A stretch of DNA of 46,426 bases from Candidatus Micrarchaeota archaeon (lineage in GTDB: Archaea; Micrarchaeota; Micrarchaeia; Norongarragalinales; UBA8480), in the NCBI GenBank assembly GCA_043805855.1, contig JAZDHP010000010.1, positions 1 through 46,426 on the forward strand, read 5' to 3'. Every line of letters begins with the position of its first letter. Position 1 is the stretch's first letter. The notes below the pieces were generated by a model that was given only the letters and a program-made list of their open reading frames with translations, ran no database searches and had not been told where the DNA came from. Position numbers and translations under genes: made by a program. Below are positions 1 to 9,507 of the stretch, piece after piece.

Positions 1-491
1 TCGAATTGCATTTCTTGAAATTCAACTAGTTCAGTTTGTGAAGTGAGCTTGCGGTAAACTTTCTCTGCGTCTGCGCTGAATTGTTCTTTTAACTTTTCGT
101 GTAGCATCTCGTCAATAATGCTATCGACGACGAAAGGCAAAAGGTAAAACGCGGCGTATTCGTCGTTTGCCTTGCAAAACTCTCGATATGCGGCGGCTAA
201 TTGTTTATTGTTTAGTTTTGTGTTGATTTTACTTTTTTTCAACACCGCCGCAGACGTCCTTTGGTAAAAAGCAAGGTGTTCTTTCAAAGTAGTTTCCAAG
301 AGTTGCTTTGCAAGTCCTTTGTAAAGTGCGGCTTTTGGCTCGCTTTCCATCCAAAGCTCTTCGTTTTTCCCCTTACGTATTGCTAAAAAGCCAGTTTTCC
401 ACTTGTCCCAAGTGTAAGGCGCGATTATGTCGTCGCGTTGAAAGCAAGACGGCCTCTCGACCCACTTTTCCCACTTGGATAAATCTAGCAT
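1..491 (-). CDS. Hypothetical protein, 3'-truncated by window edge; possibly the helical N-terminal part of a PEP-utilizer mobile-domain protein
   Basis: Manual translation from ATG at 491 (MLDLSKWEKWVERPSCF...LNNKQLAAAYREF...EFQEMQF) stays open to base 1. It is absent from the ORF track because it has no stop. Weak resemblance to 21277..22614. Confidence 0.6.
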   Translation of the reverse strand, partial: MLDLSKWEKWVERPSCFQRDDIIAPYTWDKWKTGFLAIRKGKNEELWMESEPKAALYKGLAKQLLETTLKEHLAFYQRTSAAVLKKSKINTKLNNKQLAAAYREFCKANDEYAAFYLLPFVVDSIIDEMLHEKLKEQFSADAEKVYRKLTSQTELVEFQEMQF

Positions 492-538
492 AAAGTATTT
501 GCTCCGCTAGTTATTTTAGTTTTGATGGTTTAACTTCG

Positions 539-952
539 TTACTTTGTCTTTGTTTTAAGCTGTTTGTATTGTTTGTAAGTGTAGTAGCGGAAAACAGTAA
601 GCATAAGCGCTAGAACAATAGACATTTCTAGGTTATCTAGCGGTTGCTTTTGAAGTACTAAATTGATTATGCCAACGAAAAATACCATTAATACAAGTGA
701 AATTACAAAGTAAAGTATTGCGCCGCCTATTCCTTCGCTTAGCAACGTGTCTGGAAACTTATTGAACTTGGCCTTTTTCTCAACTAGTTTCTTTGCATCA
801 GCTTTTGTAATTATGCCAAAGCCAGCAATGGTAGTAATTATTATAAGTATAAACGCAGCCACGCCAATCAGCGGTTGTTGTAAAATGGTAGCGGCAATTG
901 CAGCTATTGCTAGGAAAACAACGAAAAGACGAATTGCAGTTGCGTTTTCCAT
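539..952 (-). CDS. Small multi-pass membrane protein
   Basis: 137 aa with four hydrophobic segments, 4 nt downstream of trmB. Confidence 0.7.
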   Translation of the reverse strand: MENATAIRLFVVFLAIAAIAATILQQPLIGVAAFILIIITTIAGFGIITKADAKKLVEKKAKFNKFPDTLLSEGIGGAILYFVISLVLMVFFVGIINLVLQKQPLDNLEMSIVLALMLTVFRYYTYKQYKQLKTKTK

Positions 953-956
953 TCGC

Positions 957-1709
957 TCACTTTGTAATTAGCTGCTTTAGCGTTTGTGCAACGTGTTGGT
1001 TCTTTAGCCAGAGGCCGACTTCGTCGTCTGCGTGAGTTTTGTCGTTTGATAAGAATAATAGTGCTTGGTCGTCTGCCAAAACGAAACGCGTTGGCAAAGA
1101 GTTTAGCGAAGTAGTATGTGCTAGCGAGGTAACTTCTGGGGCCATTTTAGACGCGATTATGTGTATTCGTGCGCCGCGCGCTTTAGCTGCTTGTAGTAAC
1201 TGGCCATGTAGTTTCATTTTTTGCTGTAAGCCATCTTGAGTTGAACTAATTACAACGTGGCTCTTTGCCTCAGCAAGCATTGAAGCGAGTTTAGAGTTAA
1301 TTGCGTCTTTTCCTTTTAGCGTCCAGACGTTTTCTTCAATTGCAACGCCGCTTGAAATAGAACCTGCTTTTATTTTTGACTGCATTTGCTTTGAAACTGT
1401 GTCGAAATGCGTAAATTGTTTTTCCAATTCAGCGCGTTTTTGCTTCTTTACGGTGTCCATTGCCTCTTGAATTGAAAGCGCGGAATATTTCACTGGCCTT
1501 CCTGGTTGTAAAACAACATATCCTTGGTCTTGTAAACTTGTAAGTACGTCGTAAACGCGAGGGCGAGGTAATTGTGCGCGTGTTGCAAGCTCTCCAGCTG
1601 TGCAGGTTTGAGATGCAGCGAGCGCGTAGTATGCCTTTGCTTCGTATTCATTTAAACCTAGAGCGCGTAGGCTCGCGATTACATCAGAGTTACGTGAGAT
1701 TGAAGGCAT
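957..1709 (-). CDS. TrmB-family transcriptional regulator (wHTH plus PLD-like effector domain)
   Basis: LRALGLNEYEAKAYYAL...LPRPRVYDVLTSLQDQGYV...GRPVKY; start moved to ATG 1709, which follows a GGGAG RBS. Confidence 0.9.
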   Translation of the reverse strand: MPSISRNSDVIASLRALGLNEYEAKAYYALAASQTCTAGELATRAQLPRPRVYDVLTSLQDQGYVVLQPGRPVKYSALSIQEAMDTVKKQKRAELEKQFTHFDTVSKQMQSKIKAGSISSGVAIEENVWTLKGKDAINSKLASMLAEAKSHVVISSTQDGLQQKMKLHGQLLQAAKARGARIHIIASKMAPEVTSLAHTTSLNSLPTRFVLADDQALLFLSNDKTHADDEVGLWLKNQHVAQTLKQLITK

Positions 1710-1837
1710 TATACTCCCTGACGTAGTATAGTGCTTGGAACTTTTTAAACTATCTGAATTGAGGCTTGTCATTACTGTTCACGTGTTTTTTTAAACATTC
1801 AATGTATTTTTTTGGCCAATACCAATATATAAATGTA

Positions 1838-1902
1838 TTCACTGGAAAGGAGTGACAAAGCGTAAAGCTTAAATATGTGTTGTCACCGACTAATAGTAAC
1901 AA
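1838..1902. promoter_or_regulatory. Divergent promoter region with two candidate operators TTGTCAC-N9-GT(A/G)A
   Basis: TTCAC-N9-GTGACAA at 1838-1858 lies next to the trmB TATA. TTGTCAC-N9-GTAACAA at 1880-1902 lies just downstream of TTAAATA. Confidence 0.6.
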
Positions 1903-1920
1903 CCTCTGGTTAGGGGGGTT

Positions 1921-3411
1921 TTGGTGATTATGATGAATTTCAAAGCTTTGTTGACGGCGCTTGTTGTAATTGCAAGCGTAGCGCATGGTTTGGCTTTACA
2001 GTCAACGTCTCAGCATGTTGACACGTTTAGCAACCGCGATGGCCAGCTAATGTTTTGGTTTGTTGGAGAAAACGACGGAACTTATGCTGTGAACACTGAA
2101 GGACAACTTGTAACTAGTGTTGAACCTTCAACTGGAATTATAAGCGCAGGCGCTGTCAAAAGCTTTGTAGTTAAATTCTCTCCTTCTTTATGTTCACAAG
2201 GAACATTCTATACTACAGTTAATCTTGATACTGTGAGCGCAAGCGGCGTTAGCCAGCGCGTTTCTAAAGTAGTTGAACTAAACGTACAACGTGCTGTTGT
2301 TTGTAATAGCGGCGCAGTTGTGCAAGGAACTCCGATAAATGAAGGAGACACTTATTCAAACGCCGTTACTGGTAGTCATGTTTCGTTAGCAAGTGAATTT
2401 GATGCAAGTGACGTTAATGTTGTAATTAATTCGCAGGAAGGTTTGCGCAACGTAGCAAACGGCGAAACGCAAACACTTTCTTTAGATGTTGTGAACCGCG
2501 GTAGCCCTGGTTTAATGCAATTATCTTTATCAGCTGACCCGAAGCTCAACGCACAGCTAAGTGAATATTCTTTTGTGCTTGAACGCTTTGAGTCAAAACG
2601 AATTACTTTAACAATTAAACCGCAAGAATTGCAAGGTCGACAATTTGTTAACTTGCAAGTTACTCGCGGTAACCAAGTTGCAGTTGTAAAAGATATTTTT
2701 GTCGACGTTGCCAACTCTCATTCAATTGAGTTAGTGATGCCGCAAGTTGTAAACACTGACAACTGTGCTCCGTTCACATTAGCTGGCGCAGTGAATAACT
2801 TAGGTTCAACAAGCGAATCTGTGCGCGTCACAATTCCTTCAATTTACTTTGAATCAAGTTCATTTACGGTTAACCCGCGCGGTACAAAGAGTTTCGTGTT
2901 GAATATGGACTTCTCACAATTACAAGCAGGCAAGAGAACGCTTGAAGTTGTATTGACTAGCGCAAACAGTGCAGCTCGTACAAGTGAATTAGTTGAATTC
3001 AATATCGCTCAATGTAGTGCTGGCATGGTTCAGTACAACGTTTCTTACACAAACAGCGGAAACACTACAATAAACGGCGTCGTTGCGTCAATTGCAAATA
3101 TTCCAAGTAACTGGCAAGTTATTGCGCCAATGCCAGTGAACGTTGCACCGAATGAAACGAAGAATTTCAGCGTTTTCATTAAACCAAACGGCGAAGTTAG
3201 CGCAGAAGTTGTCCCAACGCTTTTAGTAAAAGACGGCAACGGTAACGTTTTGCAACAGGAGACGCTTCCAAGCGTTAAGCCAACAAGCGCAACTGGTATG
3301 TTCCTAGCTGGTATGTTCGGTTTTAGTGGATTGCAATGGATTGCCGGCATATTGCTAATTGCACTTGCAATTGCAGTAATGAGCGCACGTGCGTCACTCA
3401 ACAGAAGTTAA
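1921..3411 (+). CDS. Secreted, C-terminally anchored surface protein with Ig-like/NEW3-like beta domains
   Basis: Signal peptide, repeated V.N.G and P.ETK...V beta motifs, SATGMF then a C-terminal TM helix. Confidence 0.75.
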   Translation: MVIMMNFKALLTALVVIASVAHGLALQSTSQHVDTFSNRDGQLMFWFVGENDGTYAVNTEGQLVTSVEPSTGIISAGAVKSFVVKFSPSLCSQGTFYTTVNLDTVSASGVSQRVSKVVELNVQRAVVCNSGAVVQGTPINEGDTYSNAVTGSHVSLASEFDASDVNVVINSQEGLRNVANGETQTLSLDVVNRGSPGLMQLSLSADPKLNAQLSEYSFVLERFESKRITLTIKPQELQGRQFVNLQVTRGNQVAVVKDIFVDVANSHSIELVMPQVVNTDNCAPFTLAGAVNNLGSTSESVRVTIPSIYFESSSFTVNPRGTKSFVLNMDFSQLQAGKRTLEVVLTSANSAARTSELVEFNIAQCSAGMVQYNVSYTNSGNTTINGVVASIANIPSNWQVIAPMPVNVAPNETKNFSVFIKPNGEVSAEVVPTLLVKDGNGNVLQQETLPSVKPTSATGMFLAGMFGFSGLQWIAGILLIALAIAVMSARASLNRS

Positions 3412-3470
3412 CTTTTTCTTTTTATCTTTTATTTTTTTTATAATTTCTTTTATATTTTCTAATTTTCTAT
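3412..3470 (+). terminator. Oligo-T terminator tract between convergent genes
   Basis: About 59 nt, very T-rich on the + strand. Confidence 0.6.
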
Positions 3471-4043
3471 TTAAGGTAATTGATCAGTTTCGCCTTGCGT
3501 GTATTTTAACTTTAGTTTTTTTCTAAGTTCGTCTGTAACTTCAAAATGTTCTATATCGGTTAAAGTAATTCCTTTCGAGTGGCTAAACCACTGCGTATCG
3601 TGTGGTGTTATTCCGTGTTTTTCAAGCTCTGCTTGAGCGTGTCTTTCTTCGAAAGTTGCGGGCCTGGCGTATAAGGCCGAGCTATGTTGCCCTTCGGCGT
3701 ATTGGTAAACTATTTTGTGTTTTTTGTCACTGCCTAGGATAACTGCAAGCGGTTCTTCTGCGGTTATGCCTGGTATTTGTAAATTGTTTATGTGGCTCGC
3801 TAGTCTAGCTTCAGAAATTGGTTCAAGTTTGTAGCTTTTATTTCGGCTTTTTTCCTTTATAACGAACTTTAACGCCGGATCTATTTTGCTTCTTGCTATA
3901 GCCGCGCGCTTTCGTATTTCCAAAATCTCATAATTTTCAGGTAAGAAGTGTTCAATTGAGATTTCGTGCCCAGGTAATTTTACTATTCTAGTATTTGTGT
4001 GCGCGTATGGCTTTCTAACTTCAAGCGCGTTAACTTTTGTCAT
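3471..4043 (-). CDS. Hypothetical protein with divergent protein-kinase-like (Kdo/RIO-like) motifs
   Basis: EEPLAVI...IVYQYAEG...LEKHGITPHDTQW...ITLTDIEH resembles the hinge, catalytic loop and DFG-equivalent. Confidence 0.45.
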   Translation of the reverse strand: MTKVNALEVRKPYAHTNTRIVKLPGHEISIEHFLPENYEILEIRKRAAIARSKIDPALKFVIKEKSRNKSYKLEPISEARLASHINNLQIPGITAEEPLAVILGSDKKHKIVYQYAEGQHSSALYARPATFEERHAQAELEKHGITPHDTQWFSHSKGITLTDIEHFEVTDELRKKLKLKYTQGETDQLP

Positions 4044-4053
4044 TTGCTATTAG

Positions 4054-4785
4054 TTACCATCCGTAGATTTTTTCAATTGCTTTTTCTAGTAGGATTTTCA
4101 GCACGATTGCTTCGTCTTCGCTTATTGGAAGCGCAACGCTGTTCAATTTACCATCTTGTCCCTGGGTTGACAATTTAAAGTAGTAGCCGGTTTGCATTTT
4201 GGAAAATGAAACAGTTGAGTTGCGCGTGTCGCTGGACACGGCATAGCCGCCTTTCGATGGGTCGTGGAACAATTCGATTGTTGGCAATTTTCCGCTAAGT
4301 ACAACGAGCAACTTTGCAATGTCGGTTACTGCCATTTTGAAAGATAATTTTGTGCTCCAGTCAAAGCTTTGTGGTGCATTTGAGCATCGAGCTTCGCTCG
4401 ATGACTCAGACACAAGCTCGCGAGCTTGTGCTGATTGCTTTGCTGCTTCGACAAATACGCTTTTCTTTTCTACATTAAAGTCAAACTGCACTGCTGAGCC
4501 GTTGCCGTTTTTGTTCGGCTTGTAAATTTTAAATTTCTTATCAAAATTAGACGGTGCAGATTGCGGTTGGTAAGTTTGAGTTGTTTGGGTTGGGTTTGGC
4601 CGCGGTGCAGTTGTAACCTGTGTTGTTGGTTTTTGTGGTATTGGGGTACTGATAGTTTGCGTTGGTTTAGTTTGCGGCGTTTGTGTCGCTTGCATTGGCT
4701 TAGCTGGCATAGGCTGTGGCGTTGCAAGTTGTTTATTGAATTGGTTTAGTGTTGGTTGTATTTTATTTGCTGGTTTCGTTTCCAT
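4054..4785 (-). CDS. Whirly-like putative ssDNA-binding protein with Q/T/P-rich N-terminal linker
   Basis: FDWSTKLSF..AVTDI...ELFHDPSKG...GYYFKLS...LPISEDE...YGW parallels the plant Whirly signature; GGTGA RBS before ATG 4785. Confidence 0.65.
   Translation of the reverse strand: METKPANKIQPTLNQFNKQLATPQPMPAKPMQATQTPQTKPTQTISTPIPQKPTTQVTTAPRPNPTQTTQTYQPQSAPSNFDKKFKIYKPNKNGNGSAVQFDFNVEKKSVFVEAAKQSAQARELVSESSSEARCSNAPQSFDWSTKLSFKMAVTDIAKLLVVLSGKLPTIELFHDPSKGGYAVSSDTRNSTVSFSKMQTGYYFKLSTQGQDGKLNSVALPISEDEAIVLKILLEKAIEKIYGW
4381..4434. repeat. 54-nt in-frame twin-hairpin insertion in the Whirly-like CDS
   Basis: Perfect 20-bp palindrome CACAAGCTCGCGAGCTTGTG (4411-4430) plus hairpin CATCGAGC-TTC-GCTCGATG (4385-4403). 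Confidence 0.7.
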
Positions 4786-6133
4786 TTTCTTCAATCACCA
4801 TTTGCGTTGCGATGCCGATTATTTCCTTAGCGTAGTCTTTTGGGAAGCGCGTTGACGCGGCTACGTTGTGCCCGCCTCCTGAGAAGCCGTACTTTTCAAA
4901 CTCTTTGCGCAGTATAGTTATAACTTTATTTGCAGAAAACCCAACTTGTGCAGCTTCTTGGTTTGCCCTGAATGAAAGAGAATCTTGTGTGTACAATAAA
5001 GTTGCAGTTGGTGCGTTACTGTTCTTTTCTACATAATGATTTTGCACGGCGTTGTGTAGCTTTCCAATAGAAGGATAAGTATTTTTCTTCACTAAACCGC
5101 TGGCGTCACATATATAGAGCGCGAATTTGCCAGTGTGTTCTTTTGACTTGCGTAGCGTTTTTTCCAACGCGTTTCTCATGTGCATTTGCTCTTCGTGATA
5201 GAGTTCGTTTGACAAATGCCTATCGCGGCTAACTTTTTCGTAATACTCTAGTGAATACGGTTCGTCGGCCTTTACTGCTAAATAGTCCAGCGCAACTGCT
5301 TCAGGAAAGAATTCTTTTAGCCTGAAAGAGCTGTGGTCACCTTGCATTGAGATATTACACAATGGGCGTATTTCTTTTTCCAATTCCAGCGCAAAATAGC
5401 GCGTTAGTTCAAAAACTAACAGCGCCGTGTTGTAACTTGATGGCTCTTCGCAGTTTTTCAACGCGAACGGTGACACGAATACTTTGAGTGCTGGTTTCTT
5501 TGCCGGTGGGTGGTGGTCAATGCACATTACTTCGAGCGTCTTCGCTGCTTCTGTTACATTGTAAACGCTTTCCTCGTTTGCCCCGTGGTCGAGGAGAATA
5601 AGTAAGCTGCCTTCGACTAAAGTTGACGTATCTTCCTCTGCGTCTCTATCGCGATAAACTGCTCCGTTTGCCTCTTGCGCGCGTAGAAATAGCGGTGCGC
5701 CTCGCTGTTTTGCAAAGCTTTCAATTGCTTTTTTCAACATTATCCCAGCGCATATGCCGTCGCAATCTCCATCGTAGCGTATTTTTATCTGCTTCATTGA
5801 CAATACCGCGTTGGCTATTTCCTGCGATGCGCGTTGGAATTCTCCTTCCATTTCTTTCAGCGAAGGTGCGTTGTTTAATGGTTCCAAGTGCGGCGGTTCA
5901 AAATAAGTGAATTTTTCAATTTCTTTTTCTATTTTGTCGTCTTTCCCTGGTTCTATTTTCTCAACGTTGTCCGCTTGGAATAAATAACTCGCGTACTCGC
6001 CTTGCATTTCGTAGATTTTGCCATCTTGTAACTCTTCCATTGTTTCAACTAGCGTGAACTTTTCAGAAGTGCACGCGTAGTAGCGCATTGTTGACATTGC
6101 GTCTCTTTTTATTATTTTTACGACGATTTTCAT
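4763..6133 (-). CDS. RecJ/Cdc45-like DHH-family nuclease (DHH plus DHHA1)
   Basis: IRYDGDCDGICAG, LILLDHG, CIDHH and GGGHNVAAS motifs; start placed at ATG 6133. Confidence 0.85.
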   Translation of the reverse strand: MKIVVKIIKRDAMSTMRYYACTSEKFTLVETMEELQDGKIYEMQGEYASYLFQADNVEKIEPGKDDKIEKEIEKFTYFEPPHLEPLNNAPSLKEMEGEFQRASQEIANAVLSMKQIKIRYDGDCDGICAGIMLKKAIESFAKQRGAPLFLRAQEANGAVYRDRDAEEDTSTLVEGSLLILLDHGANEESVYNVTEAAKTLEVMCIDHHPPAKKPALKVFVSPFALKNCEEPSSYNTALLVFELTRYFALELEKEIRPLCNISMQGDHSSFRLKEFFPEAVALDYLAVKADEPYSLEYYEKVSRDRHLSNELYHEEQMHMRNALEKTLRKSKEHTGKFALYICDASGLVKKNTYPSIGKLHNAVQNHYVEKNSNAPTATLLYTQDSLSFRANQEAAQVGFSANKVITILRKEFEKYGFSGGGHNVAASTRFPKDYAKEIIGIATQMVIEENGNETSK

Positions 6134-6220
6134 CTTTCTTGGTATCACGAGGGTTTTTATTTTTACAAGTAGCTCTTTATAGATATAATTGTACACTATT
6201 TTAGAGAAGGTGCTAATTAA

Positions 6221-6478
6221 ATGGAAGCTATTATTGAAAACTATCGCCGTGGAAGGCACACTGAGTACTGTGACCAGTTTATTGTATTCATTGAAGACTG
6301 CGATTCCCTTGCAAAGGCAGAGAAGCTAGTCGGCAAGCAAGTTACTTGGAAAACGCCATCTGGAAAATCTATTCTTGGTAAAGTCGCTGGAACGCACGGC
6401 AACGGTGGCAAAGTTAGAGTAAAGATGGAAAAAGGTTTGCCAGGCCAAGCAGTTGGAACTAAAATTGAAATCGCCTAG
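6221..6478 (+). CDS. rpl35ae: 50S ribosomal protein L35Ae
   Basis: NYRRGRHT...LVGKQVTWKTPSGK...GKV.GTHGNGGKVRV...GLPGQA.G. Confidence 0.95.
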   Translation: MEAIIENYRRGRHTEYCDQFIVFIEDCDSLAKAEKLVGKQVTWKTPSGKSILGKVAGTHGNGGKVRVKMEKGLPGQAVGTKIEIA

Positions 6479-6498
6479 AAAGACAAACGCGCTTATTT

Positions 6499-7650
6499 AT
6501 GTCTAAATTAACAAACTTGGCAAACGCGGTAATTAAGGAAGGCAACTCTATATTTACAATTCCAAAACAATCCCTAGTTGACCCCCACCACTGCACTGTT
6601 TTTTACAACCCTGCAATGGAATTCAACCGCAATTTATCTGCGCTGTTTCTAAAAAGCTGCCTTGACTTTACAAAAATTAAACCCAATTTGCTATTCGATG
6701 GATTTTGTGGCGTCGGAGTAAGGGGAATCCGCTATGCAAAAGAATGCGATGCAGCTAATGTAGTGTTGTGCGACGCAAGCGACGCAACTATTCCCTATGT
6801 TAAGAAAAACGTTGCCGTCAATAAATTGCAGAAAAAGTGCAAAGTAATGCACATGGACGTCAACCAAGCGCTTTCCTCGCTTCCATTGTGCGACGTTATA
6901 GAAATGGATCCGTTTGGTTCGCCTATACAAAACATCGACTCAGCGTTTCGCCGCGGAAAACCACACTTTATTTTGTCACTAACGTTCACTGACTTGGCTA
7001 ACTTGTGCGGTGGGCACAAAGACGCGTGCAAACGTTACTACGACGCCGCTTCGATAAACTGCGAGTTTTCACACGAATTAGCACTGCGTATTATCTTGCA
7101 ACGCGTTGGAAATATTGCTTCAATGCACGAGTTCGGCATCACTCCTCTAGTGTCGTGGTACCAGGGGCATTACGTAAAGGTTTTCCTTCTGTGCGAAAAA
7201 GGCGCGGCAAAAGCCGACAGCAATTTCAACAAAATTGGGTACGCTTGGCTGTGCCGTAATTGCAATAGCCACGGCGTTGGTAAAGACGCGGTAAGTAAGT
7301 GTCCTTCGTGCGGTAATAAAACTCAAATCGCTGGCCCGTTGTGGATTGAAAAGTATTCCAACAAGGAAATTATTCGCAATGCACTGGTGGAATTGAACGA
7401 GAGTAAAATTTACGAAGAGAAAAAGAAGCAGCAACTCGCCACTTTTCTCGAGCTGTTAATTGAAGATATTGAAGAGCCGCTTTTCTACTCGCTTCCGGAA
7501 CTATGCTCCAGCAAAAGCATTGGCGTACCGAAAACAGAAACTTTCCTTACTAAATTACGCGGCGCTGGTTTCAAAGCAACGCGAACACACTTTACACCTT
7601 ATGGATTTAGAACAGATGCGCCGCTAGAAGAAATTTTGAAAATTATTTAG
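6499..7650 (+). CDS. trm1: tRNA (guanine26-N2)-dimethyltransferase Trm1
   Basis: VFYNPAMEFNRNLS, GVRGIRYA, DPFGSP, Zn finger, GPLW, RTHF...GFRTDAP. Confidence 0.95.
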   Translation: MSKLTNLANAVIKEGNSIFTIPKQSLVDPHHCTVFYNPAMEFNRNLSALFLKSCLDFTKIKPNLLFDGFCGVGVRGIRYAKECDAANVVLCDASDATIPYVKKNVAVNKLQKKCKVMHMDVNQALSSLPLCDVIEMDPFGSPIQNIDSAFRRGKPHFILSLTFTDLANLCGGHKDACKRYYDAASINCEFSHELALRIILQRVGNIASMHEFGITPLVSWYQGHYVKVFLLCEKGAAKADSNFNKIGYAWLCRNCNSHGVGKDAVSKCPSCGNKTQIAGPLWIEKYSNKEIIRNALVELNESKIYEEKKKQQLATFLELLIEDIEEPLFYSLPELCSSKSIGVPKTETFLTKLRGAGFKATRTHFTPYGFRTDAPLEEILKII

Positions 7651-8366
7651 TTGAATTTGCGTGTTTTGCTTGTGCCCCTATATTTTGCAATTTCTTTTAT
7701 AGTCCTTAATAAAGCAGAGTGTAACCTACGGTCAAATCTAGCGAGTTCTTTGCGGGTAACGAGGGGTTTTTCTAAGTAATTTGGATGTACTTGAGTATTT
7801 GGAAAGAATATGTCCGGAATTCTAAACGCTTGTTTTTGTCTCTTTCCGGCAAAGTAATGTTCGACTAATATATTGTCTCCAGTCCATTTTTGCGTGCTAA
7901 GCACAAGTTCAACTCCTGCACCTCCAACTCTTTTAATAGCGTTGTAGAGCCGAGGTGGGACGCGGTTATTGACGATTATTCTTAATTTAGGAGCGGCCGG
8001 GTTCCTCAAGAACGCTTGACTAACTGAAGTTCCATGAAAGGTAATTACTTGCGCAGTGATGCCCGCTCTTTTTAGATATCTTGCTATTTTCCAGTCACTT
8101 GGTATTTGTTTAGCTTTTTGGTTTTGTTCACTCACAGTAGCTCTAGATGGTTTCAGTTCATGCCAGAACCCGTGCGGAGTCCAAGCTGCTGGAATGAGGG
8201 CGGTTACTACGCCGTGCTTTTCCCATTCCATGTGGTGGCGAACCGCTAAATTGCGCGTGCCTTCATTTAAATGTCGTCCAGCTAAAATCACTACTTTTCT
8301 TTTTTCCGGGGGTAGTGATTTAATTTGTGCTGCGAATTCTCGTAAATTTCCTAGTTTTAATAGCAT
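7647..8366 (-). CDS. Basic hypothetical protein, M14/AstE-like Zn-hydrolase-like family (paralog 1 of 3)
   Basis: AGRHLNEG...WTPHGFW...ITFHG shared with 13210..13932 and 14344..15042. Confidence 0.6.
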   Translation of the reverse strand: MLLKLGNLREFAAQIKSLPPEKRKVVILAGRHLNEGTRNLAVRHHMEWEKHGVVTALIPAAWTPHGFWHELKPSRATVSEQNQKAKQIPSDWKIARYLKRAGITAQVITFHGTSVSQAFLRNPAAPKLRIIVNNRVPPRLYNAIKRVGGAGVELVLSTQKWTGDNILVEHYFAGKRQKQAFRIPDIFFPNTQVHPNYLEKPLVTRKELARFDRRLHSALLRTIKEIAKYRGTSKTRKFN

Positions 8367-8418
8367 AAAGAGCTTACGCTAGCGTTCTAAAAAAGGTAAT
8401 TGCTTAGCGGCGAGTAAC

Positions 8419-8706
8419 TTAGCAATTCACGTATTTTGAAACTCTTACGTTTGGCCGCGTGTGCTTGTAAAAGGTTACGTGTAACCCGCTGCTTACGCCG
8501 TCGGTTCTAACTACTCCAAGTAAATTTCTTTTCAATGCAATTCTAGCGACCACTTCTCTAATTGTAGCTTCGTGGCCTAGGGTCATCCTGCGTTTTAACG
8601 GTGCAAAGAACATTGTATTTTCGTGAACGCCAATTGTATTGTGGGTTAAAACTTTTGGGGTTCTTTTCAACTCTTTTATAACTAAGTCAACAGCATGTAC
8701 TGGCAT
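8419..8706 (-). CDS. Small basic hypothetical protein
   Basis: Open frame with GGTGG RBS before ATG 8706 and the array promoter motif upstream. Confidence 0.6.
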   Translation of the reverse strand: MPVHAVDLVIKELKRTPKVLTHNTIGVHENTMFFAPLKRRMTLGHEATIREVVARIALKRNLLGVVRTDGVSSGLHVTFYKHTRPNVRVSKYVNC

Positions 8707-8806
8707 TTTTTCCACCTTGTAAGCTTACAGCTAGTTAGTTTAAAATTGCTTTTGCGCTACGGCCTAAGCGCTTTGTTAAACTACGGCTTTTCGTTCCTTA
8801 TTTGTT

Positions 8807-9073
8807 TTATCGCTGTTTTTCCCGTATCTTTAAAAATTCTTTTGATAATTTCCCTGGCGCTGCGGTAATTCTCATAACCGGGCTTAGACTTTTAACTGCT
8901 CTAGGGTCAGTCATTTTAGGTAATATTCGTATTGGCGACACTTCAGGTTTTCTCAGTGCTTCTTCTAATCTTTCTCTAGAAATTGGCGTTATTGGTCTAT
9001 TGTCAAGCTTTAATTTGCGGGCGCTAAGTCTTATTGGCGCACCTTCGTTTGGTCTTCTTGGTTTTTCTGCCAT
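8807..9073 (-). CDS. Small Arg/Lys/Pro-rich protein (paralog of 9151..9507)
   Basis: Starts MAEKPRRPNEG; about 70-nt near-identical repeat 9042-9114 versus 9476-9548 spans the promoter, GGTGA RBS and first codons. Confidence 0.7.
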   Translation of the reverse strand: MAEKPRRPNEGAPIRLSARKLKLDNRPITPISRERLEEALRKPEVSPIRILPKMTDPRAVKSLSPVMRITAAPGKLSKEFLKIREKQR

Positions 9074-9150
9074 TAATCTTTCACCTGATAAGCTTACAGC
9101 TACTTGGTTTAAAATTGCTTTTGTCAAAAGCAACTAAATGATTTGCCGGA

Positions 9151-9507
9151 TTACTTCGGTAGCTTTGGTTTAGGCGATCCCTTTAATTTAGCTATCCTTC
9201 CTCTAGCTTGTTCTCTTAGTCTATCCCGTAAGCTTTCTGGTAGTGACGCAGGTGGTTTTATTGCGCCTCCAAATGCAGCTGGGTTCCATGTAAACTTTCG
9301 TCCTGGCGGCGCACTAGGTGTTGGAAGGATGCCACTTCTTCCGGGAACTAAAATTTTCGGGGGTTTTCTTGGTAAATCTTGAAGTGTTTTGCTTAATTTT
9401 TCTAATCTCTCTCTAGGAATTGGCCTTATTAGTTCATTTCTAAAAGAGAATTTTTTAGTGCTAAGGGTTGGTGTGCCTTCGTTTGGTCTTCTTGGTTTTT
9501 CTGCCAT
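9151..9507 (-). CDS. Small Arg/Lys/Pro-rich protein (paralog of 8807..9073)
   Basis: MAEKPRRPNEG...PI.RERLE shared with its neighbour. Confidence 0.7.
   Translation of the reverse strand: MAEKPRRPNEGTPTLSTKKFSFRNELIRPIPRERLEKLSKTLQDLPRKPPKILVPGRSGILPTPSAPPGRKFTWNPAAFGGAIKPPASLPESLRDRLREQARGRIAKLKGSPKPKLPK

Noticed and set aside
4381..4434. Whirly insert as a BHB-spliced mRNA intron
   Set aside because: No 4-bp helix flanked by 3-nt bulges could be drawn at its borders, and it preserves the frame.
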